A stretch of DNA of 64,000 nt from assembly GCA_905479655.1 (NCBI GenBank), contig CAJQNK010000121.1:14732-78731 (forward strand), given 5' to 3'. Below the pieces are notes generated by a model. The model was not told where the DNA came from, did no database searches, and worked only from the letters and a program-made list of their open reading frames with translations. Positions 9,926 to 20,400 of the stretch are shown one piece after another. The position numbers and the translations under genes are program-made. Source of the DNA: an uncultured bacterium. GTDB taxonomy: Bacteria; Acidobacteriota; Thermoanaerobaculia; Multivoradales; JAHEKO01. Each line of letters starts with the position of its first letter. Within the stretch, counting starts at the first letter, position 1.

Positions 9926-10389
9926 GTTCCAGATATGTCCACTTGAAGGAGAGGGTCCGCAGCAAACTCTCGTACTGGGTTGGCCTGGCTCGGATGGAGT
10001 TCACCGGGGATCTGCATCGCCTGATGGAGCAGCAGGGCATCAACCGAGCTGAGTTGGCACGGCGGCTTGAAACTTCGCAGGCCTACGTCACGAAGGCTCT
10101 CGCTGGGAACACCAACTTCACCCTCAAGACGATGGCGAAGCTGGCTCGCTCCATGGATGCAGTCCTTCACGTCAGGCTGACGACGGATGAAGACGTGGTG
10201 AGGATCGTCGATCCGCGAACCGCGTCACTACTTGATGCTGGGGTGCGCCCTTCGGGGGCTTCTGACCAAGCAACTGACGCCCGCGTCTTCGTAGTGCCCG
10301 TGCCGGTCCCGTACCGAATTGCAGGCGAGCTGGACCTCCCAGCGGGGGCCTCTGACTCCAGAATCGTCAGCGCCGAGCTAGTGAACTGA
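9922..10389 (+). CDS. higA: XRE-family HTH antitoxin (HigA-like)
   Basis: HTH 'INRAELARRLETSQAYVTKALAGNTNFTLKTMAKLARSMDAVLHVRL'. Translationally coupled to the upstream toxin gene. Confidence 0.65.
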   Translation: MSSRYVHLKERVRSKLSYWVGLARMEFTGDLHRLMEQQGINRAELARRLETSQAYVTKALAGNTNFTLKTMAKLARSMDAVLHVRLTTDEDVVRIVDPRTASLLDAGVRPSGASDQATDARVFVVPVPVPYRIAGELDLPAGASDSRIVSAELVN

Positions 10390-10396
10390 GCAGGCT

Positions 10397-10852
10397 ATGG
10401 CTGAACATCTTTGGTCTGTGCTGTGCGGACGTGCCGTCATCGACAAGTACACCGGCACGCTGAGCATCTTCGATGTTCGAGAGGCGATTACTGTCGGGGT
10501 CCCCGAGGAGGCACCGCAGCCGATCATCGTTCCCATCCCTATAACGATGGCGAGCCTGTGGCTGCGATCCGAGACTGATATAGGGGAGACGGGGACAGCC
10601 CGATTCAGGATGGTGCGGCCGGACGGAACCGCTGGCCCCCCGCAGGAACTCGAAGTCAATCTCGATACTGGCCCCCGCAGCCGAACCCTCTTCTATGCAA
10701 ATGCAATGCAGGTCGGAGGTTCCGGGACATACCACTTCACCGTGGAGTACAAAGGCGCGGACGAGCCGGACGATGCGTGGGTGGAGGTGGCCAGACACCC
10801 CTTGGTGGTCACGGTCGAGACCACGCCTCCTCAAGAGGTCGCCATAGACTAG
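10397..10852 (+). CDS. Hypothetical protein; possible third gene of the toxin-antitoxin cassette
   Basis: 151-aa ORF starting 8 bp after higA with the same lower GC. No motif recognised. Confidence 0.4.
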   Translation: MAEHLWSVLCGRAVIDKYTGTLSIFDVREAITVGVPEEAPQPIIVPIPITMASLWLRSETDIGETGTARFRMVRPDGTAGPPQELEVNLDTGPRSRTLFYANAMQVGGSGTYHFTVEYKGADEPDDAWVEVARHPLVVTVETTPPQEVAID

Positions 10853-10962
10853 ACCGCCAGGTCGCCTCTCTTCGCCGTGAGTGAGGCAACACCCCCACCC
10901 ACAGACACTTTGGCTCGCTACTCTCACGCCGGGCGGCGTCGGCCGGCGCGCGGCGCTCCCCG

Positions 10963-13269
10963 TCACCCGGTTCCCGCCGCGATGGGGGCGCCGAGGACGG
11001 CGGGCTCCAGCCCGAAGGCCTCCACCAGGCCGCCGGCCGCGGGGCGCAGCTCCCCGCACAGCTGGTTGACCAGCGTGCGGATCGCCCGGCTCTTGGTCGG
11101 GTCGAAGATGCCGTGCTCGAGGAAGAACCCCTTGCGGGTCTCGAGGGTGGTCAGGGCGTGGAGGTCGCCGACCGTGACCAGCAGGGCCCGGACGGGCTCC
11201 GCCGCCTCCCGGGTCCAACGGTCATAGGCCTCGAGCACGACCCGCTCCACGAAGGCTTGCGCTGCCTCGAGCACGTGGTCCTGGCATTCCGAGAGCGCCT
11301 CGAAGGTGTCGAGGCCGCGGTCGAGGCGGGCCTTCAGCCGGCGGGCGAGGGTGTGGAGCAGGCGCTCCTGACGCCACTCGAGGAGCCTCCGGTGAAGCTC
11401 CCGGTCCCGGAGATGGTCCGCGTCGGTGCGGCGGGTGACGAAGGGGTTGTGCTCCGCGAGGTCCGAGGCCGCGCGGCCGACCACCCATCGCACCAGGTCG
11501 AACGTGCCCATGTCGTGGAACTGGCGTCGGTACCCCGCCAGGAGTCCCTTGGCGACCAGCTGGAGCAGGACGGTGTTGTCGCCCTCGAAGGTCGTGAAGA
11601 TGTCGGTGTCGGCCTTGAGCGCGGAGAAGCGGTTCGCAGCGAGGTATCCCTGCCCGCCGCAGGCTTCGCGACACGCCTGGATGGTGTCGGTGGCGTGCCA
11701 GGTGGCGATGGCCTTCAGGCCGGCGGCCAGGGTCTCGAGCTCGCGGCGGTCGTCGTCGACCTCGACCCGTGAGTACTTCGTGGCGAGCTCGCGGAGGGCG
11801 GCGTGGAGCGCGTAGGTCTTCGCGAGGCGGGGCAGCAGGCGCCGCTGGTGGCTGAGGTAGTCGAGGAGCCGCACCTCGGCCTCGCCCTCGGGTCCGAACT
11901 GGCGCCGTTTCTCGCCGTAGCGCACGGCGATGGCCAGGGCGCTCTTGGCGGCGGCGTTGCCCGCGAGCGCGACGCTGATCCGGCCCCCGACGAGGGTGCC
12001 CAACATGGTGAAGAAGCGCTTGGACGGGCTGGAGATCGGGCTCCGATAGTGCCCCTGGTCGTCGATGGTGCCGAAGCGGTCGAGGAGATGGCCGCGGGGC
12101 ACGCGCACTCCGTCGAAGCTCAGGCGGCCGTTGTCGACGCCGTTGAGCCCCATCTTGGGCCCGTCGTCCTCGACCGAGACCCCCGGTAGCGGCTGGCCGG
12201 CGTCGTTCCGGATCGGCACCAGGACGGCGTGGACGCCGTGATGCCGTCCTCCCACGTGGAGCTGCGCGAAGACTGTGGCCATGCGGCCGTGACAGGCGGC
12301 GTTGCCGATGTAGTCCTTGCGGGCATCGGGCCCCGGCGTGTGGACGACGATCTCGTCGCTCTCGGGCTCGTAGGTCGCGGTCGTCCGCAGATCGGCGACG
12401 TTGGAGCCGTGGCCGGTCTCGGTCATCGCGAAGCACCCGGGAAGCTCCAGTGTGCCCACCACCGGCAGGAGATCGCGATGGTGCCGGGCGGTCCCGAGGT
12501 GGAGGATGCTGCCCCCGAAGAGGCCGAACTGGACCCCGAACTTGATCAGCGTGGAGAGGTTGCCGTGGCCGAGGGTCTCGAAGATGGCCATGAAGCGGCC
12601 CGTGTCGCCCGAGCCGCCGCCCTCCGGCGGGAAGGAGACGGCCCCCCAGCCGAGATCGGCCAGGGCGCGGCAACGGTCGAGCACATGCTCACGGTAGGCG
12701 GCCCGCTCCGGTTCGAGAGGCCGCTCGAAGGCCGGATCGGCCAGGACCGCGAGGACCTCTCGCCGCACCTCGGGGTGGGGCCGGTCGAGCTCCTCCCGCA
12801 GGGTCGCCACGTCGACCACCGTCCTCTCCGGCCCGGGCGCCGGATCGGGTCTGGCCGAGGCGAGCAGGCGGGCGCTGGTCTCCTCCGGCGCGAGCCCGAG
12901 AGCCCGTTCCACGTCGACCAGGGCCGCCATCTCCTCGGCGCTGGGCTCGTGGCCGGCCCGTCGCGCCATGGCGGCTCCCAGGGTCGAGAGGTCCCGTCGC
13001 TCGGTGGCTTCGAGCCCGTGCGCGGAGTTTCGAACGGCGTATAGGAGGTCCGCGAGCTCCTCGGCCGAAGGTGGCGCCGTCGGGTCCAGCCAGTGGCCCA
13101 GGAGGTCCTCGCATCTCTCGTCCGGCGCCTCGCGCTGGATCCGTGAGCACAGCGCGCGGATCTCCCCCGGTCGCAGCTCGCTGTCCGCCCACGCAACATA
13201 GAGCATGGGCAGAAAGGCCCGGAGACGGGGGTCTTCGGGGAGCTGACGGCGGGTGAGTGGCTCGGTCAT
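10963..13269 (-). CDS. Acyl-CoA oxidase / acyl-CoA dehydrogenase family protein with an N-terminal extension
   Basis: ACAD/ACOX core motifs (FAMTETGHGSNV, GLNGVDNGRLSFDGVRVP, CGGQGYLAANRFSALKADTDIFTTFEGDNTVL). C-terminal ACOX-type helical domain. Confidence 0.8.
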   Translation of the reverse strand: MTEPLTRRQLPEDPRLRAFLPMLYVAWADSELRPGEIRALCSRIQREAPDERCEDLLGHWLDPTAPPSAEELADLLYAVRNSAHGLEATERRDLSTLGAAMARRAGHEPSAEEMAALVDVERALGLAPEETSARLLASARPDPAPGPERTVVDVATLREELDRPHPEVRREVLAVLADPAFERPLEPERAAYREHVLDRCRALADLGWGAVSFPPEGGGSGDTGRFMAIFETLGHGNLSTLIKFGVQFGLFGGSILHLGTARHHRDLLPVVGTLELPGCFAMTETGHGSNVADLRTTATYEPESDEIVVHTPGPDARKDYIGNAACHGRMATVFAQLHVGGRHHGVHAVLVPIRNDAGQPLPGVSVEDDGPKMGLNGVDNGRLSFDGVRVPRGHLLDRFGTIDDQGHYRSPISSPSKRFFTMLGTLVGGRISVALAGNAAAKSALAIAVRYGEKRRQFGPEGEAEVRLLDYLSHQRRLLPRLAKTYALHAALRELATKYSRVEVDDDRRELETLAAGLKAIATWHATDTIQACREACGGQGYLAANRFSALKADTDIFTTFEGDNTVLLQLVAKGLLAGYRRQFHDMGTFDLVRWVVGRAASDLAEHNPFVTRRTDADHLRDRELHRRLLEWRQERLLHTLARRLKARLDRGLDTFEALSECQDHVLEAAQAFVERVVLEAYDRWTREAAEPVRALLVTVGDLHALTTLETRKGFFLEHGIFDPTKSRAIRTLVNQLCGELRPAAGGLVEAFGLEPAVLGAPIAAGTG

Positions 13270-13402
13270 GGGACCTCCGATCGGGTGAGAAGTCTGTCGA
13301 GGATACGGCGAGCGCGTCCCGTGCGGATTGTGGAGCCCGGACCCCGCCGTCGGCTCGTTCTGCGGGTCGGGCCCCGAGAACGCCGCTCCGAACCCCGGCC
13401 TG

Positions 13403-13585
13403 CTAGCCTGACCTTCTCACCAACTATCTACTACGAGACCGTATGTACCTGAATCTGCAGCGTTACGCTCTGCTCGGGCTCCTCGACGTACAGACAGTAC
13501 GACTGCGTCGCCCTCGGTCGCAAGCCTTGCATCTCCAGGCACCTACGGCCTCTCGCAACGACACCCGGTGAGAACGTCAGGCTAG
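13403..13585 (+). mobile_element. MITE-like element, copy A (183 bp, 19-bp terminal inverted repeats, no ORF)
   Basis: Left end CTAGCCTGACCTTCTCACC and right end GGTGAGAACGTCAGGCTAG. The 183-bp body is about 95% identical, in inverse orientation, to 27584..27766. Confidence 0.75.
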
Positions 13586-13696
13586 GGTCGCGACATCGAC
13601 TTTGCGCCCCGCACGGGTCGCGACCCGGGTTCGACCCACCCGCCCCTCGACGCTCTGTCGTCGGGAGTCGCCCACACGGCAGAGGCACGGAGGGCA

Positions 13697-13903
13697 TTGG
13701 AGACAAGGATGATGCCCGCGCGAAGCTGCATCCTGAAGACGTTGTGCCTGCTCCTTCTCCTCGCACCCGCGAGCGCGGCGAGCGGCGTACCGTTCGGAGG
13801 GGCCTGCTGGATCGACGAGCTGGCCTACACCGTCACGGACGGAGCGTGTGGGTTCGCGCCGGACCGCAGCGGCAGCTCGCTGTTCTCGTCGGTCGACCGG
13901 TAG
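13697..13903 (+). CDS. Small secreted Cys-containing peptide (hypothetical)
   Basis: 68-aa ORF with a clear signal peptide (ILKTLCLLLLLAPASAASG) and 3 Cys in the mature part. Lower-GC island. No homology assessed. Confidence 0.3.
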   Translation: METRMMPARSCILKTLCLLLLLAPASAASGVPFGGACWIDELAYTVTDGACGFAPDRSGSSLFSSVDR

Positions 13904-14006
13904 ACCGGTAGACCCTCAGCGACCCGGCGTCTGCCGGGGCACCCTATCGGGTGTCCCGGCCGGGGCTGGCCTCAGAGGGCAGCGATCTCCCAACCCGTGG
14001 GGTCGC

Positions 14007-14552
14007 TCAGGACCCCTCCCCGATGCTGCGGTAGGCGCAGAGGAGCTGCCCCTCGAGGAGGAAGATCCCGAGGCGGGCCGACCCCTCGGGGGCCTCGCCA
14101 CGGAGCAGGCAGCTGACCTCGGTGGCGTCGACGTCCGTCAGGGTCACGTCCAGGCTCCGGGGGAGCCTCTTCTTCCCGGTGACCGTCCACGGCAGCCAGC
14201 CGTTGGGAGCCGTTTCGACGTCGGCCTTCTTGCCCGCGTCGATGGCGGCGATCTTCTCCTTCTCCAGGATCTTGAAGCGCCAGGCGCTCCCGTCCTCCGG
14301 CGCCACGTCCAGCCGGAGCCAGGCGACCGCCTCCTCCCGCCACTCGTCGTCGCCCAGCTCGGCGAGACCGCGCTCGAAATCCTTGATCTTCTCGAGCGCC
14401 AGGGCCTGATCCTGCTGCCAGACTGCGCCCTCGCGGCCGAGCGGGGTCGGTCCGGCTCCGCCGCCACCGCGCTGAGCCGAGGCGGGCGGGTTCACGGTGA
14501 GAACCAGGATCATCAACAGCAACAGCGGAATCAGACGGTGGGGCGCTTTCAT
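14007..14552 (-). CDS. Secreted hypothetical protein
   Basis: Signal peptide (MKAPHRLIPLLLLMILVLTVNPPASAQ). Plausible GGAG-type RBS. Codon usage consistent with the lower-GC island. No recognised domain. Confidence 0.5.
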   Translation of the reverse strand: MKAPHRLIPLLLLMILVLTVNPPASAQRGGGGAGPTPLGREGAVWQQDQALALEKIKDFERGLAELGDDEWREEAVAWLRLDVAPEDGSAWRFKILEKEKIAAIDAGKKADVETAPNGWLPWTVTGKKRLPRSLDVTLTDVDATEVSCLLRGEAPEGSARLGIFLLEGQLLCAYRSIGEGS

Positions 14553-15237
14553 GGGGATCTCCTCTCAACGGGTCGGGGCGAGGGGGCTTCCGATTCGATC
14601 TCGACGTTGCTCAGGGGTCTCTTCGAAGGGATGGGACGGCGTCGCTGGGACCGCGCGGGCAAGGGCTGGGCGAGCGATCCTCTCCTCACCAGACAACGAC
14701 CTCTACGTCGGTCGAGGTGACGAGATTCCCCTCGCCGTCCTCGGGCACGAGCCTGCCGGTCGCCAGGGTTCGCGTGGCGACGAGGCCGGCTACCGGAGGG
14801 CGGAGCGACCGAGGGCTGAGCTCGTGAACGGAACGCTGCGGAAGAGAGGCTGCCATTCGCACGCCCCCGAGTCTATGACGATCCAGGGTCCGACCGCTCC
14901 CTCGCAGGGACGAGCCGCTCGCCGCCAAGGACCTGTCGCGCCGCCCGCGCCCGAAGCCGGGCCCTCGTCGCCTCCCGGGCGACGATCCACGGCTCCCGGC
15001 GCGAAGGGCCGGCGGCGCCGCGTCCGAGCCCGTCGGCGCCCGAGGGCGGACTAAGGTGTTGAGCCAAGAGAGAGATACGCCGACGAGGGGCGCCTCGACG
15101 AGCAGCCCGGCCGCGCGCCGCCGAGATTTGAACGATTCACGTTACAGGCGAATGTGGCTCGTCATCGTAGACTCGTCGCATCCGAGGAGCAGGCGGTCAA
15201 TGGAGGGCGTCGCGCGTCCTTGGAGAGGAGTTGTGCC

Positions 15238-15357
15238 ATGGCTCGTTGGTTTCTCCCGCTCTTCATCGCCTTGCTCGCCGGACTCGAGGTTGAGCCAGGG
15301 TTGATCGGCAGTCCCGGGGACCTCATGGGGCAGGGCTCGCGGATCGAGACCGACTGA
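15238..15357 (+). CDS. Candidate small hydrophobic peptide ORF (39 aa) convergent on the TPR-regulator gene
   Basis: ATG preceded by GGAGAGGAG 8 nt upstream. MARWFLPLFIALLAGLEVEPGLIGSPGDLMGQGSRIETD. Speculative. Confidence 0.25.
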   Translation: MARWFLPLFIALLAGLEVEPGLIGSPGDLMGQGSRIETD

Positions 15358-15361
15358 GGAC

Positions 15362-16648
15362 TCAGTCGTTCAGTTGTCCCCTTCTTGATCGGATCGCACG
15401 TGCGACGGCCTGGATTGTCTGGGCCGTCGCGACTTCCTCCTGGGCTGCTCGCAGGAAGAGCCCAGCCGCAGCCAGGGCCTCACGACCCAGATTGCGGGCT
15501 TCGAGCGTAGGTACGATTCCCTCGGCGATCCTCTTGACCTCGCCCAGTTCCCCTAGCCTGAGATGGGTGATCGCGGCATCGAGCGAGCAGAGCGCGGCCT
15601 CAACGGTCATCCCCATTCTCAAGAGTCCATCTCGGGCCGAACGAAAAGCCTGCCCGGCATCGCGGAGCTTGCCGCTGGCCGCGAGGACTCGCGCCTCTGT
15701 CCAGCGAACAATGACACGGTCCACCGGTGTGGCGAAGAGTTCGTACGCCGGCATGGCGGCCCGGATTAGCTCGAGAGCCCTCCCCTTCTGCCCGGTTTCG
15801 AGAAGGGACTCGAGGAGATTGTGAGCGATGGCGAACGCGAGACGCCCATCGTCGAGAGCATCCGTGAGATCTAGAGAGCGCGTCAGAACCCTGGCCTCTC
15901 GGTTGGGTTCATCGACTTCAGACCAAGCTCGAGCGAGCCGATGTAGAACCCGTCCGACCGCCGAATAGTGACCCTGAGAGAGGTAGACTCTCGCCGCCTC
16001 TCTGAAGCTCTCCCTCGCGCGGCCCAGTTGCTTTGAGTGTGAGTAGAGTTCCCCAGCCTCTTCGCACAGCCGCGCCAGATCCACGGGGTCATTGGTGCCG
16101 CTCTTCAGCAACTCTCGCGCTTCAGTGAGGGCTAATTCAGCCTCTCGGTATGCGGAGGTTCGACGCAGCGAGAGGGCCAAAGTGATGCGGGCACGCCCAC
16201 GGGTGTCCAACAAGAGAGCTTGGCCATAGTCGTCCTCAGAAAGGCGATCCGCTGCCTCGGTCGCTAGCTCTGCGAGGTGAACAGCTTCTGCAGGGTCGGT
16301 GCCCAGGCTCCGTCTCGACGCTTCCTCGAGGCTCTCAACAAGTGGTGGAGATTGGTACTGCCATGAGTTCCTGACCAGCGTTAGCTGTCGTCCTCGCGGA
16401 TGTCTCAAGAGGCGACTGACCAGTACCGGTGCGATCTCTCGCTCGATGTCAGCTCTTGCGGACGCTCCGTCAAGGCGAGCCAGGAGTGCGGAAGTGGCCC
16501 CACCAAACCCTGAGTAATCAGACGGTCCGATTGCGTTCGAGAGCTCGCGGCGGCATTCCCCGCAGCCCCGGAGCAGGTGAGCGATGCCTTCCTGCGACTT
16601 CTTGCCAGCGAGGAGTTCACGCACTGGTGGTTTGTTTCGATCGCTCAC
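15362..16648 (-). CDS. TPR-repeat regulatory protein with an N-terminal Cys-rich (CGECRRE) segment
   Basis: Multiple TPR-like helical repeats (...AIAHNLLESLLETGQKGRALELIRAAM...). 4-bp ATGA overlap with the upstream HTH gene. Lower GC. Confidence 0.6.
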   Translation of the reverse strand: MSDRNKPPVRELLAGKKSQEGIAHLLRGCGECRRELSNAIGPSDYSGFGGATSALLARLDGASARADIEREIAPVLVSRLLRHPRGRQLTLVRNSWQYQSPPLVESLEEASRRSLGTDPAEAVHLAELATEAADRLSEDDYGQALLLDTRGRARITLALSLRRTSAYREAELALTEARELLKSGTNDPVDLARLCEEAGELYSHSKQLGRARESFREAARVYLSQGHYSAVGRVLHRLARAWSEVDEPNREARVLTRSLDLTDALDDGRLAFAIAHNLLESLLETGQKGRALELIRAAMPAYELFATPVDRVIVRWTEARVLAASGKLRDAGQAFRSARDGLLRMGMTVEAALCSLDAAITHLRLGELGEVKRIAEGIVPTLEARNLGREALAAAGLFLRAAQEEVATAQTIQAVARAIRSRRGQLND

Positions 16649-17268
16649 GAACGCTCCCGGTCTTCTGGTTGATCTCGCGCGGGACTTTCCGTCGGCCGAC
16701 CGATCTCGCTCGTCGCCCGCATCACCAGGGACCTCAGCAACCCCAGCGCCCGCTCGAACTCCTGGTCGGAGATGGGCTCCTCGGGGTCGGAGTGCGCCAG
16801 GTCCTCGGCCTCGTTCCAGAGGCGGCGGGCGTCGCTGGCCACCAGGTTCTCCAGGCCGTCGACGGCCTGTCGGAGACCGGCGACCGTGCGGTCGAGATCC
16901 TCGGCGGAGCGGTCGGTGACGAGCTTGCGGGCCTCGGACAGGAGGCGTCGGGAGTCCTGGAGGAGGTCGACGGGGCGCGGGATGTGGCGGAGGCCGGTGA
17001 GATGGGAGACGGGCGAGCTCGTCTCGTCCGGCGACGAGGCCGCGAGCTCGTTCATCGCCCGCAGGAGGTCCCGCAGGTCGGCGCCCATTCCGCGCAGGCA
17101 GGCGACGGTGCTCTCGAGGTCGCTGCGGCGGCCCGCGAGGACCTCGTTGACCACGTCGGGAGGCAGATCGGCGCGTTGCGCCAGGTCCGCCTCGGAGGTC
17201 AGCCCGCTACGCTCGAAGAGCGCCCGGACGCCGTCGGAGAGCCTCTCCTTCGGATTCACACGATGCAT
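16645..17268 (-). CDS. HTH (XRE-like) DNA-binding protein; start at MHRVNPKE (the ORF track's upstream extension is unlikely)
   Basis: N-terminal 'LTSEADLAQRADLPPDVVNEVLAGRRSDLESTVACLRGMG' resembles an XRE HTH. Translationally coupled to the TPR gene. Confidence 0.55.
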   Translation of the reverse strand: MHRVNPKERLSDGVRALFERSGLTSEADLAQRADLPPDVVNEVLAGRRSDLESTVACLRGMGADLRDLLRAMNELAASSPDETSSPVSHLTGLRHIPRPVDLLQDSRRLLSEARKLVTDRSAEDLDRTVAGLRQAVDGLENLVASDARRLWNEAEDLAHSDPEEPISDQEFERALGLLRSLVMRATSEIGRPTESPARDQPEDRERS

Positions 17269-17409
17269 CGTACTGACGCATCGTGAGGCGGTCAAACCTT
17301 GATAGTTGTGATTTCTTCGGGCCTCGCGCGGGCCGGGCGTGTGCCTGCGGGTCAGGGGAAGTCCACCCGACGGCGATCGGGTGAGATGTCGCACCCCCGT
17401 CGGGGCGGC

Positions 17410-20400
17410 TCAGCTCAACAGCATGCGGAGCTCTTTGGCGGTGAGCTCCTTCGGTTCCTCGCCCTCTTCGCCTTCGAGGACCGCGTCGGCGATCTGACGC
17501 TTCGCCTTCTGGAGCTGGAGGATCTTCTCCTCGACCGTGTCCTGCGCGATGAGGCGGTAGGCGAAAACGGGCTGGGTCTGGCCGATGCGGTGGGCGCGGT
17601 CGATGGCCTGGGCTTCGACGGCCGGGTTCCACCACGGGTCGAGGAGGAAGACGTAGCCCGCGGCGGTCAGGTTGAGCCCGACGCCTCCCGCCTTCAGGCT
17701 GATGAGGAAGAGGTTGGTGTTCGGGTCCTTCTGGAACTGCTCCACGACCTTCCTGCGGTTGCGGGTCTGGCCGTCCAGATAGGCGTAGGGCAGGCCCTGT
17801 TCGTCGAGGCGCTGGCGCACGAATCCCAGGAGCTTGGTGAACTGCGAGAAGACGATCGCCTTGTGGCCCTCCTCCAGGACCTCGCCGACGAGCTCGAACA
17901 CGGTGTCGAGCTTGGCGCTGCCGGCGTCCGCCCACTCGTCGCGCACCAGTCCGGGATGGCAGGCGATCTGCCGCAGGCGCAGAAGCGCCGCCAGGACCTC
18001 GATGTGATTGGCCGGCTTGCCACCCTCCGCGCTCGCGAGCAGGTTCTGCTGGAAGCTGGCGCGGAGCTGGTCGTAGAGCTCCCGCTGCCGGTCGTTGAGC
18101 GTGGTGTGGAGGATCTGCTCGGTCTTGGGCGGCAGGTCCTTGAGCACGTGGGCCTTGGTGCGGCGGAGGATGAAGGGGCGGATCCCCTGGCGGATGCGCT
18201 CGAGCTCGGACTTGCTCGCGGCCCGGCCCGTCATGAGGGCCTCGAGCGTCGGAAGCTGCCCGAGCAGCCCGGGGTTCAGGAACTCGAAGATCGATCCCAG
18301 CTCCCCGAGGTGGTTCTCGATCGGCGTACCGGTGAGGGCTAGGCGGTGGTCGGCCTGGAGCAGGCGGGCCGCCTTGGCGCCCTGGGAGTCACGGTTCTTG
18401 ATCGCCTGCGCCTCGTCGAGGATGATCGTGTCGAACTCCACGGTGGCGAGGAATCCCACGTCCCGGCGGAGCGTGCCGTAGGTCGTCACGATGACGTCGT
18501 AGTCCTCGAGGTGGTCGTGCAGCGCCTCCCGGCCCGGGCCCCCGTACTCCACGACCTTGAGGTCGGGCGTGAAGCGGTTCGCCTCGTCGATCCAGTTGTA
18601 GAGCAGACTCCGCGGCACGACGACCAGGTAGGGCAGGCCGGTGCTCTTGCTCTTCGTCCGGTGGGCCCGCATGAGGGCCAGCACCTGGACCGTCTTGCCC
18701 AGACCCATGTCGTCGGCCAGGACGCCACCCAGCCCGTACTCGCGCAGGAAGTCGAGCCAGCCGAGGCCCTCGCGCTGGTAGCCACGGAGCGTGCCCTTGA
18801 AGCTCCGGGGCTCCTTCTTCGGCTTGATGCTCTCGAAAGAGCTGAGCTTCTCGCGCAGCTTCGAGAAGGCCTCGTCCACCGCTGCCGGCGGCATTTCGAC
18901 GAGGAGGGAGTCGACCAGCAGCGCCTGGGAGGAGAGGAAGCGGAGGTTGCCTCCTTCCCCCTCCTCGTGGGCGAGCTCAGCCAGCGATCCGTAGGTCTCG
19001 GTCCAAGCCGAGGGCAGGAGACCGGCGGAACCGTCCTTCAGCCGCACGAAGCGGTCGCCCCGCGAGACGGCGTCCAGGATCTCCTTCATGTCGATCTCGT
19101 CACCGTCGAAGTCGGCGCTGCCCGAGAGCTCGAACCAGTCCATGCCGCTCTCGATGCGCATCGACGGCGGGTTGGGAGAGCGGACCGAGCGGCCCTGGAC
19201 CTCCACGATCCAGCCGTCGGCCAGCAGCGGCTCGGCGACGGACGGCACTTCCTGCCGACGCACCTCGAGCTGGTGTCCCTCGCTCGCCTGGAGTGGCCGC
19301 GCTCCGGACTCGAGCAGGCGGACCAGGGCCTTGTGCTCCCCCTCGAGGTCCCTCTTCAGCATGCGTCGCTCGGACCAGTCGACCACGGTGGATCGGGTGT
19401 CGCCGGCGCCGACCTCCACGTCGCCGTAGAGGAACGAGAGCTCGGCGATGAGCGGCGGGTCCGGCAGCACCGATTGGTCATCCTTGCTCAGGACGAGCCG
19501 GGGCTGGAGGTTCTCCGTCTCCTTGGAGAGCGAGAGCTCGTCCGGGATTCCCAGCTCGGGCAGGTCCGGGATGTCGAACAGCTCGGCGTAGGCCTCTTCG
19601 AGGTCCCGGCGCGGAATGATGATCTCGTTGGCCTCGCGGAGCCGAGTGATCCACTGCAGGTCTCTCGGGCTGCGGGTCTCGAGCCGCGCGAGCGATCCGC
19701 CGACGACCATCAGGGAGGGGCGGTCGCCCTCGCCGCGCAGAACGAGGAGTGGATCGCTGACGGAGACCTTGTGGCTGTTGCGCTCGAGGGTCCCCTCCAG
19801 ACGCATGGTGCCGGTGGAGGTCTCTTCGAGATGGAGCGACAGCTTCCAGGGCCGGCTGTCGTCCCAATCGAGGTCCTTGCCGCCGCCCGGCCTGCGGCCA
19901 TCCCACCAGCCCAACGCGTCGTTGGAGGCGAGGTGCGGCAGCACCGAGTGGTAGAGGGATGGTGGCAGGCGGACCTGCTGGATGCCGGGGCGACCGGTCG
20001 CCTTCCCTCGCTTGCCGCGGCTGCGGCTGGGCGGGGGAGCGGAGAAGCCGGCGACGAAGGCGGAGGCCGAGTCGCGCCTCTCGGCGACGCTCGGCGGGAG
20101 CAGAATGCGGGGCAGGCTCTCGGGATCGACGTCGGAGCGTCGGAAGCGGCCCGGTTTGCCGCCGGGGCCGTTGCGGCGGAGGAAGACGTCGAGGAGAACG
20201 GCCTCGTCCGGCACGCTGTCCTTGACGTTGATGAGGAAACGCAGCCCGTCCGGCACTACACCCTGCGCCGGGCCCTTGGCCTCGTCCTTCGATGTCTCTT
20301 CTTCGCCGCCGTCGCGAACCGCGGCGAAGAGCGCCCTCCAGGCACTGGTCCCCGGCGGGCCGGTGGCGGGGCCCCTGCGTCCCCGCGGTCGTGCCGTCTG

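Noticed and set aside
14686-14928. 80-aa ORF upstream of the secreted-protein gene
   Set aside because: Low-complexity, with no RBS or motif. It is probably non-coding leader sequence.
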